From assembly GCA_013151035.1 (NCBI GenBank), contig JAADJB010000019.1:40936-104935 (forward strand): 64,000 nucleotides of DNA. The letters run 5' to 3'. Source of the stretch: Gammaproteobacteria bacterium (lineage in GTDB: Bacteria > Pseudomonadota > Gammaproteobacteria > JAADJB01). Shown here piece by piece: positions 19,778-27,332 of the stretch; within the stretch, counting starts at the first letter, position 1, and every line of letters starts with the position of its first letter. The notes beneath the pieces were generated by a model that was not told the origin of the DNA, did no database searches, and saw only the letters and a program-made list of their open reading frames with translations. Made by a program: the position numbers and the translations under genes.

Positions 19778-20046
19778 ATAGGTATACTGTCCCTCTATAT
19801 CCATGTTCTTCATGCCGAGGTCTGGGCCTATGGTAGCCGGGTTAATGGTCAATGCCATGAGGCGAGTGACCTCGATCTGGTATTGCGAATCCGGTTGATC
19901 TTACCTGTCCACAGGAAGGCTTGTCTGACCTCAAGCAGGCTCTTAGTGATAGTAATATCCCGATATTGATCGATGTGCTGGATTGGGCACGGTTGCCGGA
20001 TGATTTCCATGCTGTGATTGAACAGGAATATGTTGCTGTGAGATAG
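19778..20046 (+). pseudogene. MNT-type nucleotidyltransferase (HEPN/MNT antitoxin family), 5'-truncated and frameshifted
   Basis: Own translation. One frame gives ...EVWAYGSRVNGQCHEASDLDLVL (GSRxxGx(n)SDxDL signature). A shifted frame from about 19888 gives NPVDLTCPQEGLSDLKQALSDSNIPILIDVLDWARLPDDFHAVIEQEYVAVR*. No start codon and no HEPN partner downstream. Confidence 0.6.
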
Positions 20047-20137
20047 GGTCTTGTTGCATGGGGCGGCGTGTGAAACGCCGATTCTTGCATGTTGATAGAT
20101 GCAGTGTGTCAATTAAGGCCTTTAATGTAGATTACAG

Positions 20138-20200
20138 GTGAACTCAATGTTAAAGAGGCAGCGGAATATATCGCGACTAAATGGCCCAAGCATCGTTGAC
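20138..20200 (+). repeat. Orphan 3'-end stub of an AlbA_2-protein paralogue (direct repeat of 21206-21268)
   Basis: Encodes GELNVKEAAEYIATKWPKHR*, versus RELNVKEATEYIATKWPKHS* at the end of the 20470..21267 CDS. 58/63 nt identical. Confidence 0.85.
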
Positions 20201-20254
20201 ACCTCTTATTCGTGTATTACAATATGTATTACACGCTCCGCATGAGAAGATAAA

Positions 20255-20461
20255 ATGATCACCCTTAGACTTGACCCGGAACTGGAGAAAAGTATCAATA
20301 ATATCGCCCATCAAATGGGTATTAGCAAATCAGAATTGATACGAAAAAGTATTGCCGAGTTCCTTAATGACACGGTGCAATATAATGTAGATTATGGGGT
20401 AATATGCCTGGACTTTAAGAGGAAGCTCTCTTATCCTTTTCGCATCCCACTCAAGCCATAA
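20255..20461 (+). CDS. Ribbon-helix-helix (CopG/antitoxin-like) protein
   Basis: 68 aa. MITLRLDPELEKSINNIAHQMGISKSELIRKSIAEFL is a typical RHH beta-strand plus two helices. The C-terminal 25 aa are not family-like. Confidence 0.65.
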   Translation: MITLRLDPELEKSINNIAHQMGISKSELIRKSIAEFLNDTVQYNVDYGVICLDFKRKLSYPFRIPLKP

Positions 20462-20469
20462 AAATCACT

Positions 20470-21267
20470 GTGTCCAACAATAGCATTATAACCATTTTAA
20501 AATTCTTAATACTGGGTGCCCTTATCGGAGTGCTGGTTCTCCATCCGTTGACAATGGCTCTTTACTGGTTTGAATTTAATCCTCCTGAAGCGGCAGGCGT
20601 TTCATTACTGGACTTTATATTTAAAAAAATGGGTGCGGCATTTTATGGAAAAATGCTATTTATGACCTTGGCTTTTTCGACTATAGGTGCCTTTCTGGGA
20701 TTGTTCTTCTGGTTCTACCATAGAAGCTTATCTGCCAGAGAAAGACTGATTTTTTCGCTTTCCGGTGAGCTGGACAGAGATATTTATTCTTTGATAAAAA
20801 ATGGCGAAACTGAAACACTCGAATTCAAGTCCTCTGCTCGATGGGATTTTAGACAGAACAAAACAAACAAGGCACTTGAATTAGTCATCGTAAAGGCCAT
20901 ATCTGGTTTTATGAACCATAAGGGTGGGACACTATTAATTGGTGTTGATGATGAGGGTCAATCCCTTGGTCTGGAGAAGGATTACAACTCATTAAGGAAG
21001 AAAAATAGTGATGGCTATGAGCAATTTATTATCGGGCTGATTTCATCTTATATGGCGACCGATCTTTGCCAGAACATCAGCGTGATATTCCAGATGGTTA
21101 ACTCGAATGAGATTTGTCGAATCATTATTTCACCCTCTCAACGTCCGGCTTTTTGTCAGAATGGTAATGACACTCATTTCTTTCTTCGCACCGGCGGTGG
21201 TACGCGTGAACTCAATGTGAAAGAGGCAACGGAATATATTGCGACTAAATGGCCCAAGCATAGTTAA
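20470..21267 (+). CDS. Membrane-anchored AlbA_2 (Schlafen-like, divergent AAA-4) domain protein
   Basis: 265 aa, GTG start. Two predicted TM helices (ILKFLILGALIGVLVLHPL, LFMTLAFSTIGAFLGLFFWFY), then ETETLEFKSSARWD...AISGFMNHKGGTLLIGVDDEGQSLG, typical of the AlbA_2 domain. Confidence 0.7.
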   Translation: MSNNSIITILKFLILGALIGVLVLHPLTMALYWFEFNPPEAAGVSLLDFIFKKMGAAFYGKMLFMTLAFSTIGAFLGLFFWFYHRSLSARERLIFSLSGELDRDIYSLIKNGETETLEFKSSARWDFRQNKTNKALELVIVKAISGFMNHKGGTLLIGVDDEGQSLGLEKDYNSLRKKNSDGYEQFIIGLISSYMATDLCQNISVIFQMVNSNEICRIIISPSQRPAFCQNGNDTHFFLRTGGGTRELNVKEATEYIATKWPKHS

Positions 21268-21441
21268 CATCCAGCATTCCCGTACTGGACTTGTGCAAAA
21301 TGGGGGGGTTATTCTGTTAAACATGATAGCGAAGACCTACATAGAGAAGTTTCTAATGCTGATGCCGCCAGCGATAGGGTTGTTTGTATCCGGGTTATTG
21401 GGTTTATTAACACTTTCAAGGCGTAATATTAAGGCACTAAT

Positions 21442-22053
21442 ATGAAACTAGGAATTATCTGTGGTAGCCACAGAAGACCATCACAGAGTGCCCGGGTTGG
21501 ACATTACATGGAACAGCGATTACTGGATAAGGGCTATTGTGATGAAGTCTTTTTTCTGGATTTATTTGAGCAACCCTTCCCGCTTTGGGAAGAGGGTATC
21601 TGGGCAGGTGATGAGCAATGGATGGCAAGGCTTAACCCGGTATCCGATGAGTTGATCGCCTGTGATGGGTTTATTGTCATCGTGCCCGAGTATCATGGCA
21701 TGGTGCCATCGGCATTGAAGAATTTCTTTCTGATGTGGGGTAAGGGTGAGCTGGCGCATAAACCAGCCTTGATTACGGCTGTTTCCAGTGCTGATGGTGG
21801 TTCTTATCCAGTGGCAGAATTACGCATGAGCAGTTACAAGAATAATCGTCTTTGTTATATCCCTGAACAGTTAATCTTGCGCCATGTTGAAACCATTCTG
21901 AACGATGATGGCGATAATGATGAGGATGCAGATCGTTATTTTCGTCAACGAATCGATTATGCTATCGGCATATTACATCAGTATGCATTGGCCTTGAGGT
22001 CGGTGCGTGATAGCGGTGTGGTGTTTGATCCGATGTTCAAAAACGGGATGTAG
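21442..22053 (+). CDS. NAD(P)H-dependent FMN reductase family protein
   Basis: 203 aa. MKLGIICGSHRRPSQS and VPEYHGMVPSALKNFF motifs of the flavodoxin-like FMN reductase family. Confidence 0.8.
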   Translation: MKLGIICGSHRRPSQSARVGHYMEQRLLDKGYCDEVFFLDLFEQPFPLWEEGIWAGDEQWMARLNPVSDELIACDGFIVIVPEYHGMVPSALKNFFLMWGKGELAHKPALITAVSSADGGSYPVAELRMSSYKNNRLCYIPEQLILRHVETILNDDGDNDEDADRYFRQRIDYAIGILHQYALALRSVRDSGVVFDPMFKNGM

Positions 22054-22173
22054 ATAATGGTGAACGACCCGGCGAAGCGTATTAACAAGCCGGAGTCACT
22101 TCCCGATATCCTATTTGCAGATAGACCAGCAATCACCTATAGTTATTGACATATATCAAACAGAGGAAAGGCG

Positions 22174-22395
22174 ATGTCTAAATGTAATGTCTGTGGTATT
22201 GACCAAAAATTACGTATTATTTTTGGCCTGGTTGTATTCAGCCTGGCATTTATCGGACCACAGACGCCCTGGGGATGGTTAGGTCTGATACCGTTAATGA
22301 CAGGTATTCTGGGTTTTTGTCCTTTTTATCCTATGGCGGGCTTTAGCACTTGTGCGGAAGCCGATGAGAAAGTGGAAATGGAAGTCGATAAATAA
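22174..22395 (+). CDS. DUF2892 (YgaP-like) small membrane protein
   Basis: 73 aa. Two hydrophobic helices and GILGFCPFYPMAGFSTC. Confidence 0.7.
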   Translation: MSKCNVCGIDQKLRIIFGLVVFSLAFIGPQTPWGWLGLIPLMTGILGFCPFYPMAGFSTCAEADEKVEMEVDK

Positions 22396-22403
22396 GTACA
22401 AGC

Positions 22404-23816
22404 ATGTCCATACAATATGACTTTATCATCATTGGTGGTGGTGCCGGTGGCCTGGTGGTTGCTAGTGTTGCCAGTCAACTGGGGCTTTCTGTTGCACTGA
22501 TTGAAAAGGAACCCACCCTGGGCGGGGATTGCCTGCATTACGGCTGTGTGCCCAGCAAGACCCTGATCCATAGTGCCAATCTGGCAGCAAAGATGCGTCA
22601 TGCCTCGAACTATGGTCTATCTGATACTGACCCCAAAGTTGATATACATAAAATCAATGCGCATATCGCGAGTGTGGTCGCACATATTCAGCAGCATGAT
22701 TCGACTGAGCGTTTTCAAGATTATGGTTGTGATGTATTTATCGGGTATGCGCATTTTACCGGTAAGGATGAAATAAGAGTCGATGATCAACGGCTATCCG
22801 GCAAACATTTTGTCATTGCCACGGGTTCTGAGACCTTTGTTCCTCCTATCAAGGGGCTGGATCAGACTGCATTCCTGACCAACCGGGAGTTGTTTTCACT
22901 GGATCAACTTCCTCCGCGACTGGCTGTGTTTGGTGGCGGTGCCATTGGTGTTGAAATGGCACAGGCCTTTTCTCGGCTTGGTTCACAGGTCACAATTCTT
23001 CAACGCAACAGGCATATTCTTGCACGTGAGGATACCGGTGCATCCGAGGCACTTAAACAGATATTGCTTGATGAAGGAATTGATATACGCACCTCAACAG
23101 ATATCAACGAGGTGTGTGAAACGGCGGAGGGGAAGCGAATTATTTGTGCCGATGGAGAGGAATTGTTGGTTGATGAAATCCTGGTTGCCAGTGGTCGCAG
23201 ACCGGTAGTAAATAACTTGGGGCTGGGTGATGCGGGTGTCGATTATAGTCAATCTGGTATTAAGGTGGATGCCAAACAGCGTACGACACAGCCACATATC
23301 TATGCCTGTGGTGATTGCTGTGGCCCGTATGCCTTTACTCACATGGCTGAATACCAGGCGGGGATTATTATCAGTAATGCTATATTCAAGATTCCGAAAA
23401 AGGCAGATTACCGAGTGGTTCCTCGGGTCATTTATAGTGACCCTGAACTGGCGCAGGTAGGTCTAACAGAGGATGAGGCCAGACAGCAGGGGATTAAATA
23501 TAAAATCGCACAGTTTCCTTTCAATGGTATTGATCGCGCGTTAACTGATGCTGAGAGTGCCGGTTTTATCAAACTGTTGACCTGTCGAGGCAAGATAGTG
23601 GGTGCCACTCTGTTAGGTCAACAAGCGGGTGAATTGATCCATGAGATTGTGCTCGCGATGCAAGCTAATATTCCAGCACGACAAATAGCAGCAACCATTC
23701 ATGCCTATCCGACCCGCGCCCAGATTCATCGGCGGGTGGTTAATAGTACCTATACGCAAAAATTATACGGGCCGGTGTCACGTTTTATTGTAAAATGGTT
23801 GCATCGAATATTTTAA
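22404..23816 (+). CDS. FAD-dependent pyridine nucleotide-disulfide oxidoreductase (dihydrolipoamide dehydrogenase / mercuric reductase-like)
   Basis: 470 aa. GGGAGG dinucleotide fold, redox-active GGDCLHYGCVPSK, second GGGAIGVE fold, C-terminal dimerisation domain (HAYPT). Confidence 0.85.
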   Translation: MSIQYDFIIIGGGAGGLVVASVASQLGLSVALIEKEPTLGGDCLHYGCVPSKTLIHSANLAAKMRHASNYGLSDTDPKVDIHKINAHIASVVAHIQQHDSTERFQDYGCDVFIGYAHFTGKDEIRVDDQRLSGKHFVIATGSETFVPPIKGLDQTAFLTNRELFSLDQLPPRLAVFGGGAIGVEMAQAFSRLGSQVTILQRNRHILAREDTGASEALKQILLDEGIDIRTSTDINEVCETAEGKRIICADGEELLVDEILVASGRRPVVNNLGLGDAGVDYSQSGIKVDAKQRTTQPHIYACGDCCGPYAFTHMAEYQAGIIISNAIFKIPKKADYRVVPRVIYSDPELAQVGLTEDEARQQGIKYKIAQFPFNGIDRALTDAESAGFIKLLTCRGKIVGATLLGQQAGELIHEIVLAMQANIPARQIAATIHAYPTRAQIHRRVVNSTYTQKLYGPVSRFIVKWLHRIF

Positions 23817-23850
23817 AACTAAACACTGCTGTCCGTTAAGGTCGAGACAT

Positions 23851-23980
23851 GAATTGTTCTTCTCTAACAGAGACACGCCGTGAATACATCCCTGTAGGCT
23901 CGATGCCCGCGTCCATGCGGGCAACGGTCTCTGTTAGAGAAGAACAATTCCTATCTCTTGAGTTAACGGGGTAGCAGTGA
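23851..23980. mobile_element. MITE-like palindromic element, copy 2, with 30-bp tail module
   Basis: Perfect 24-bp TIRs GAATTGTTCTTCTCTAACAGAGAC (23851-23874) and GTCTCTGTTAGAGAAGAACAATTC (23927-23950). The core is the reverse complement of copy 1. The tail CTATCTCTTGAGTTAACGGGGTAGCAGTGA is shared with 53746-53775 and 43767-43800. Confidence 0.8.
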
Positions 23981-24051
23981 AAAATAAAGTAAAAACCTCT
24001 AGTTATTGAGTTTGTACAATATGGAAAAATTAGTTCTTGATTTATCACACA

Positions 24052-24110
24052 TGGATTCTCTCTTGCGAGGGAACGAGAAAAACTTGTCATTCTCGCGTAG
24101 GCGGGAATCC
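24052..24110. repeat. REP-like hairpins (degenerate family C + family A)
   Basis: ...CTCTTGCGAGGGAACGAGAAAAACTT followed by GTCATTCTCGCGTAGGCGGGAATCC. Same order as in the 11.2-11.6 kb array units. Confidence 0.7.
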
Positions 24111-24154
24111 ATACAATGGGGTTTCACCTCTTCAGGAATAACAAGAGTAATAAT

Positions 24155-25117
24155 ATGTTAGCCACCTTACCTCTTTTACAACAGCGTCATTTCCCGGCTA
24201 TCAAGCGTGGAAAATTGAACATCCTACAGGTCAATATGGGTTATCGTTGTAATCAATCCTGCCTGCACTGTCATGTGAATGCAGGGCCAAAGCGTACCGA
24301 AGAGATGTCTGCTGAGACACTGGATACCGTGGTCGAGTTTATTCGCAAGCAATCCATTACGACACTTGATTTAACCGGTGGGGCACCGGAATTACACCCT
24401 GGTTTCAGAGACCTGGTGAGCAAGGTATCCGCGCTAGGGGTGCGTATTATTGATCGTTGTAACCTGACCATACTGGAAGAACCTGGACAAGAGGAGCTGG
24501 CTTCTTTTCTGGCACAGCATCGAGTTGAGGTGGCGGCATCACTGCCTTGTTACTTGTCTGAAAATGTAGAAAATCAACGGGGGGCGGGAGTATTCAAAAA
24601 GAGTATTCTTGGCCTGCAACAATTGAATCAGCAAGGTTATGGCTTAAAGGATACGGGGCTACAATTGAATCTGGTATTTAATCCACAAGGGCCGGTTCTA
24701 CCGCCCTCACAGGAAGGGCTGGAAGCGGATTATCATCGCATTCTGCAACAGGATCATGCGGTATCCTTTAATCAATTATTCACCATTACCAATATGCCAA
24801 TTAAACGCTTCGGTAGTAGCCTGATATCAAAGGGTCAGTTTGATGATTATATGGAGCTATTGCAACAGGCCTATCAGCCGGAAAATCTTGATGGTGTGAT
24901 GTGTCGCAGCTTGATTAGTGTCGATTGGCAGGGTTATGTCTATGACTGTGATTTTAATCAAATGCTGGATCTGCCACTCAACATCCATCATCATAATCAA
25001 CCTCGTTTGAGTGATCTAATAAATGTGGATCTGGAGTCCAGTGATATCGTGGTGGCTGATCATTGTTATGGTTGTACAGCAGGACAAGGGTCAAGCTGTG
25101 GTGGTGCCTTATCATGA
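24155..25117 (+). CDS. Radical SAM / Cys-rich C-terminal domain protein (ArsS-like family)
   Basis: CNQSCLHCH radical-SAM cluster motif after LQVNMGYR. C-terminal Cys-rich tail DHCYGCTAGQGSSCGGALS. Start set at ATG 24155, because the track start (24116) lies just after a REP hairpin. Confidence 0.8.
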   Translation: MLATLPLLQQRHFPAIKRGKLNILQVNMGYRCNQSCLHCHVNAGPKRTEEMSAETLDTVVEFIRKQSITTLDLTGGAPELHPGFRDLVSKVSALGVRIIDRCNLTILEEPGQEELASFLAQHRVEVAASLPCYLSENVENQRGAGVFKKSILGLQQLNQQGYGLKDTGLQLNLVFNPQGPVLPPSQEGLEADYHRILQQDHAVSFNQLFTITNMPIKRFGSSLISKGQFDDYMELLQQAYQPENLDGVMCRSLISVDWQGYVYDCDFNQMLDLPLNIHHHNQPRLSDLINVDLESSDIVVADHCYGCTAGQGSSCGGALS

Positions 25118-25710
25118 GCAAACAAGATCTCTTTCATGCTACATTAATGCCGGATCAGGATTGGTGGCAGGCCTTATGGCCTGACCCAGCTGCGGTATTA
25201 CGCACGGTAGGCATTAAACCGGGTATGGATGTGGTTGATCTATGTTGTGGCGATGGTCTCTTTACCCGACCCATGTGTGAACTGGTTTTCCCTGCCAAGA
25301 CCTGGGCACTGGATCTGGATGCTGATTTGTTGGAACAGGCACAAAAGGCCTGTCGAGATAATTCAAATCTTCATGTTATTGCTGGCGATGCCCGTGAATT
25401 AGTCAACACGATTGATCATCCTGTTGATTTTATCTTCATTGCCAATACCTTTCATGGTGTCCCTGAAAAAACCGAGCTGGCAAGGGCGGCGCATCAGTCA
25501 CTCAGAGAGGATGGGCACTTTGCTGTTGTTAACTGGTCTCCTCAGCCACGCGAGGAAACCACGGTACTGGGTCAACCGCGTGGTCCGGATACCGAACTAC
25601 GGATGCACCCGGACGATGTGCAGCGATTTGTTGAGGCGGCGGGTTTTAAACTGGAGCAGTTGGTGGATGTAGGGCCTTATCACTACGGGGCTGTGTTTCT
25701 GAAGGTGTAA
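25114..25710 (+). CDS. Class I SAM-dependent methyltransferase
   Basis: 198 aa from ATG 25114 (ATGA overlap with the rSAM stop). Motif I VVDLCCGDGLFT. Confidence 0.75.
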   Translation: MSKQDLFHATLMPDQDWWQALWPDPAAVLRTVGIKPGMDVVDLCCGDGLFTRPMCELVFPAKTWALDLDADLLEQAQKACRDNSNLHVIAGDARELVNTIDHPVDFIFIANTFHGVPEKTELARAAHQSLREDGHFAVVNWSPQPREETTVLGQPRGPDTELRMHPDDVQRFVEAAGFKLEQLVDVGPYHYGAVFLKV

Positions 25711-25718
25711 ATGCAGAC

Positions 25719-26396
25719 ATGGTGAAGATCTCGATTATTATTCCGACCTTGAATGAAGAACAACATATAACAATGACCTTACAGGATCTACAGTGTCTGC
25801 GTCAGCAGGGGCATGAGATTATTGTGGTCGATGGTGGCAGTGAAGATAAAACCCTGCAAAGGATTGGTGGTTTATATGATTCACTGATATCCAGTCAACG
25901 GGGACGCGCCCGCCAGATGCATGAGGGCGCGATACAGGCCAGTGGTTCTATCCTGTGGTTTTTGCATGCAGATACCCGTGTGCCTAAGACGGTTATTGAT
26001 TCGATGATACAGATTACAGCGACATCTGAAAGGCTCTGGGGACGTTTTGATATTAAACTATCGGGGACGCATCCATTACTACGCATTGTTGAACGTCTAA
26101 TTAATCTCCGTTCAAGGCTTAGTGGTATCGCTACCGGTGATCAAGGTATTTTTATTAGTCGAGCACTTTATGAACAGGTTGGCGGCTACCCACAGATCTC
26201 CTTGATGGAAGATGTTGCTCTGAGCAAGAGGCTGAAACAACAATGTAAACCGCTCTGTCTTCATCAACGACTATTGACCTCTTCAAGACGTTGGGAAGAG
26301 AAGGGAATTATGCGCACGATTTTTTTAATGTGGTCTCTGCGTCTGGCTTATGCGATGGGAGTTAGCCCTGGCACGCTTGCCCGTTATTATCGGTAG
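25719..26396 (+). CDS. Family-2 glycosyltransferase-like protein (rSAM/selenodomain-associated transferase 2 type)
   Basis: 225 aa. ISIIIPTLNEE, EIIVVDGGSEDKT, GRARQMHEGA, LHADTRVP, GDQGIFISR, LMEDVALSKRL, TSSRRWEEKG. Confidence 0.8.
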   Translation: MVKISIIIPTLNEEQHITMTLQDLQCLRQQGHEIIVVDGGSEDKTLQRIGGLYDSLISSQRGRARQMHEGAIQASGSILWFLHADTRVPKTVIDSMIQITATSERLWGRFDIKLSGTHPLLRIVERLINLRSRLSGIATGDQGIFISRALYEQVGGYPQISLMEDVALSKRLKQQCKPLCLHQRLLTSSRRWEEKGIMRTIFLMWSLRLAYAMGVSPGTLARYYR

Positions 26397-26543
26397 GGTG
26401 CGTACCACGCACCAATAAACCACCATAAACAATATCATCTGGTGCGCATTGTGCACCCTACCAAAATGAGGGTTCTGTCATTCCCGCGCAGGCGGAAATC
26501 CATCTGTAAAAGTACCATGGATCCCCGCCTACGCGAGGATGAC
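26392..26543. repeat. BIME-like cluster: inverted pair of family-B REPs plus inverted pair of family-A REPs
   Basis: GGTAGGGTGCGTACCACGCACC (26392-26413) and GGTGCGCATTGTGCACCCTACC (26441-26462). GTCATTCCCGCGCAGGCGGAAATCC (26477-26501) and GGATCCCCGCCTACGCGAGGATGAC (26519-26543). Confidence 0.85.
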
Positions 26544-26560
26544 ATTAAAAGGCACCAGTA

Positions 26561-27196
26561 ATGACCAATAAACTCATCATCTTCACCAAGGCACCTGAAC
26601 CGGGACAGGTTAAGACACGTTTGATTCCAGCCTTAGGCGCGGTTAATGCGGCTAAGTTATACCATCGTCTGCTCATCCATACCCTGCAACAACACAGCAA
26701 ACAACAAGAATACAGTATTGAACTTTGTTGCACCCCGGATACGAATTATCCGCTATTCCACACCCTGCAGAAAGATTACGGCTGTCAATTATCTGTACAG
26801 ACGGGCACTGATCTTGGTCAACGTATGCATCATGCCCTGCAACAAGCATTAACTGAATCCCCCCGTGCCATCCTGATTGGCTGTGATTGCCCACTATTAT
26901 CGGCTACCGATATCTTGCAAGGATTTGAGTTATTGGCACAGGACAATGAACTGGTATTAGGCCCTGCCGAGGATGGTGGTTATGTCATGATCGGGCTATC
27001 CAGCCCTCATGAAAGTTTGTTCCAGGGGATTAACTGGGGCAGTGATCAAGTCTATCAACAGACTATTGAACGTACGAACACACTGAACATACGTCATGCC
27101 TCGATAGCAAGCCACTGGGATCTGGATTTGCCAGAGGATCTGGAACGATTAAAGGCATCACCAAAACATGCAGACCTGGTAAAAGGCCTTTGGTAG
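26561..27196 (+). CDS. DUF2064 nucleotidyl-transferase-like protein (rSAM/selenodomain-associated transferase 1 type)
   Basis: 211 aa. LIIFTKAPEPGQVKTRL, GTDLGQRMHHA, LIGCDCPLL, LGPAEDGGYVMIGL, INWGSDQV. Confidence 0.8.
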   Translation: MTNKLIIFTKAPEPGQVKTRLIPALGAVNAAKLYHRLLIHTLQQHSKQQEYSIELCCTPDTNYPLFHTLQKDYGCQLSVQTGTDLGQRMHHALQQALTESPRAILIGCDCPLLSATDILQGFELLAQDNELVLGPAEDGGYVMIGLSSPHESLFQGINWGSDQVYQQTIERTNTLNIRHASIASHWDLDLPEDLERLKASPKHADLVKGLW

Positions 27197-27213
27197 GGTG
27201 CGCACTGCACACC
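27192..27213. repeat. Family-B REP hairpin
   Basis: GGTAGGGTGCGCACTGCACACC. The TAG stop of the upstream gene (27194-27196) lies inside it. Confidence 0.75.
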
Positions 27214-27332
27214 AAAATATTCTTCCCCAACATATCCTGATGCACACGACTCACCAAAGTGCTAATATCAATGATTCACTCTGAACACAAACTTTCATGA
27301 TAATAAACAATCAATAACAAGGCATATCATCA

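Noticed and set aside
21239-21445. Small ORF whose C-terminal part (PPAIGLFVSGLLGLLTLSRRNIK) resembles a PEP-CTERM-like sorting tail and overlaps the FMN reductase start
   Set aside because: It has only a hydrophobic helix plus a basic tail, lacks the PEP motif and any mature domain, and starts inside the end of the upstream gene. Evidence is insufficient to call a gene; it may be a remnant.
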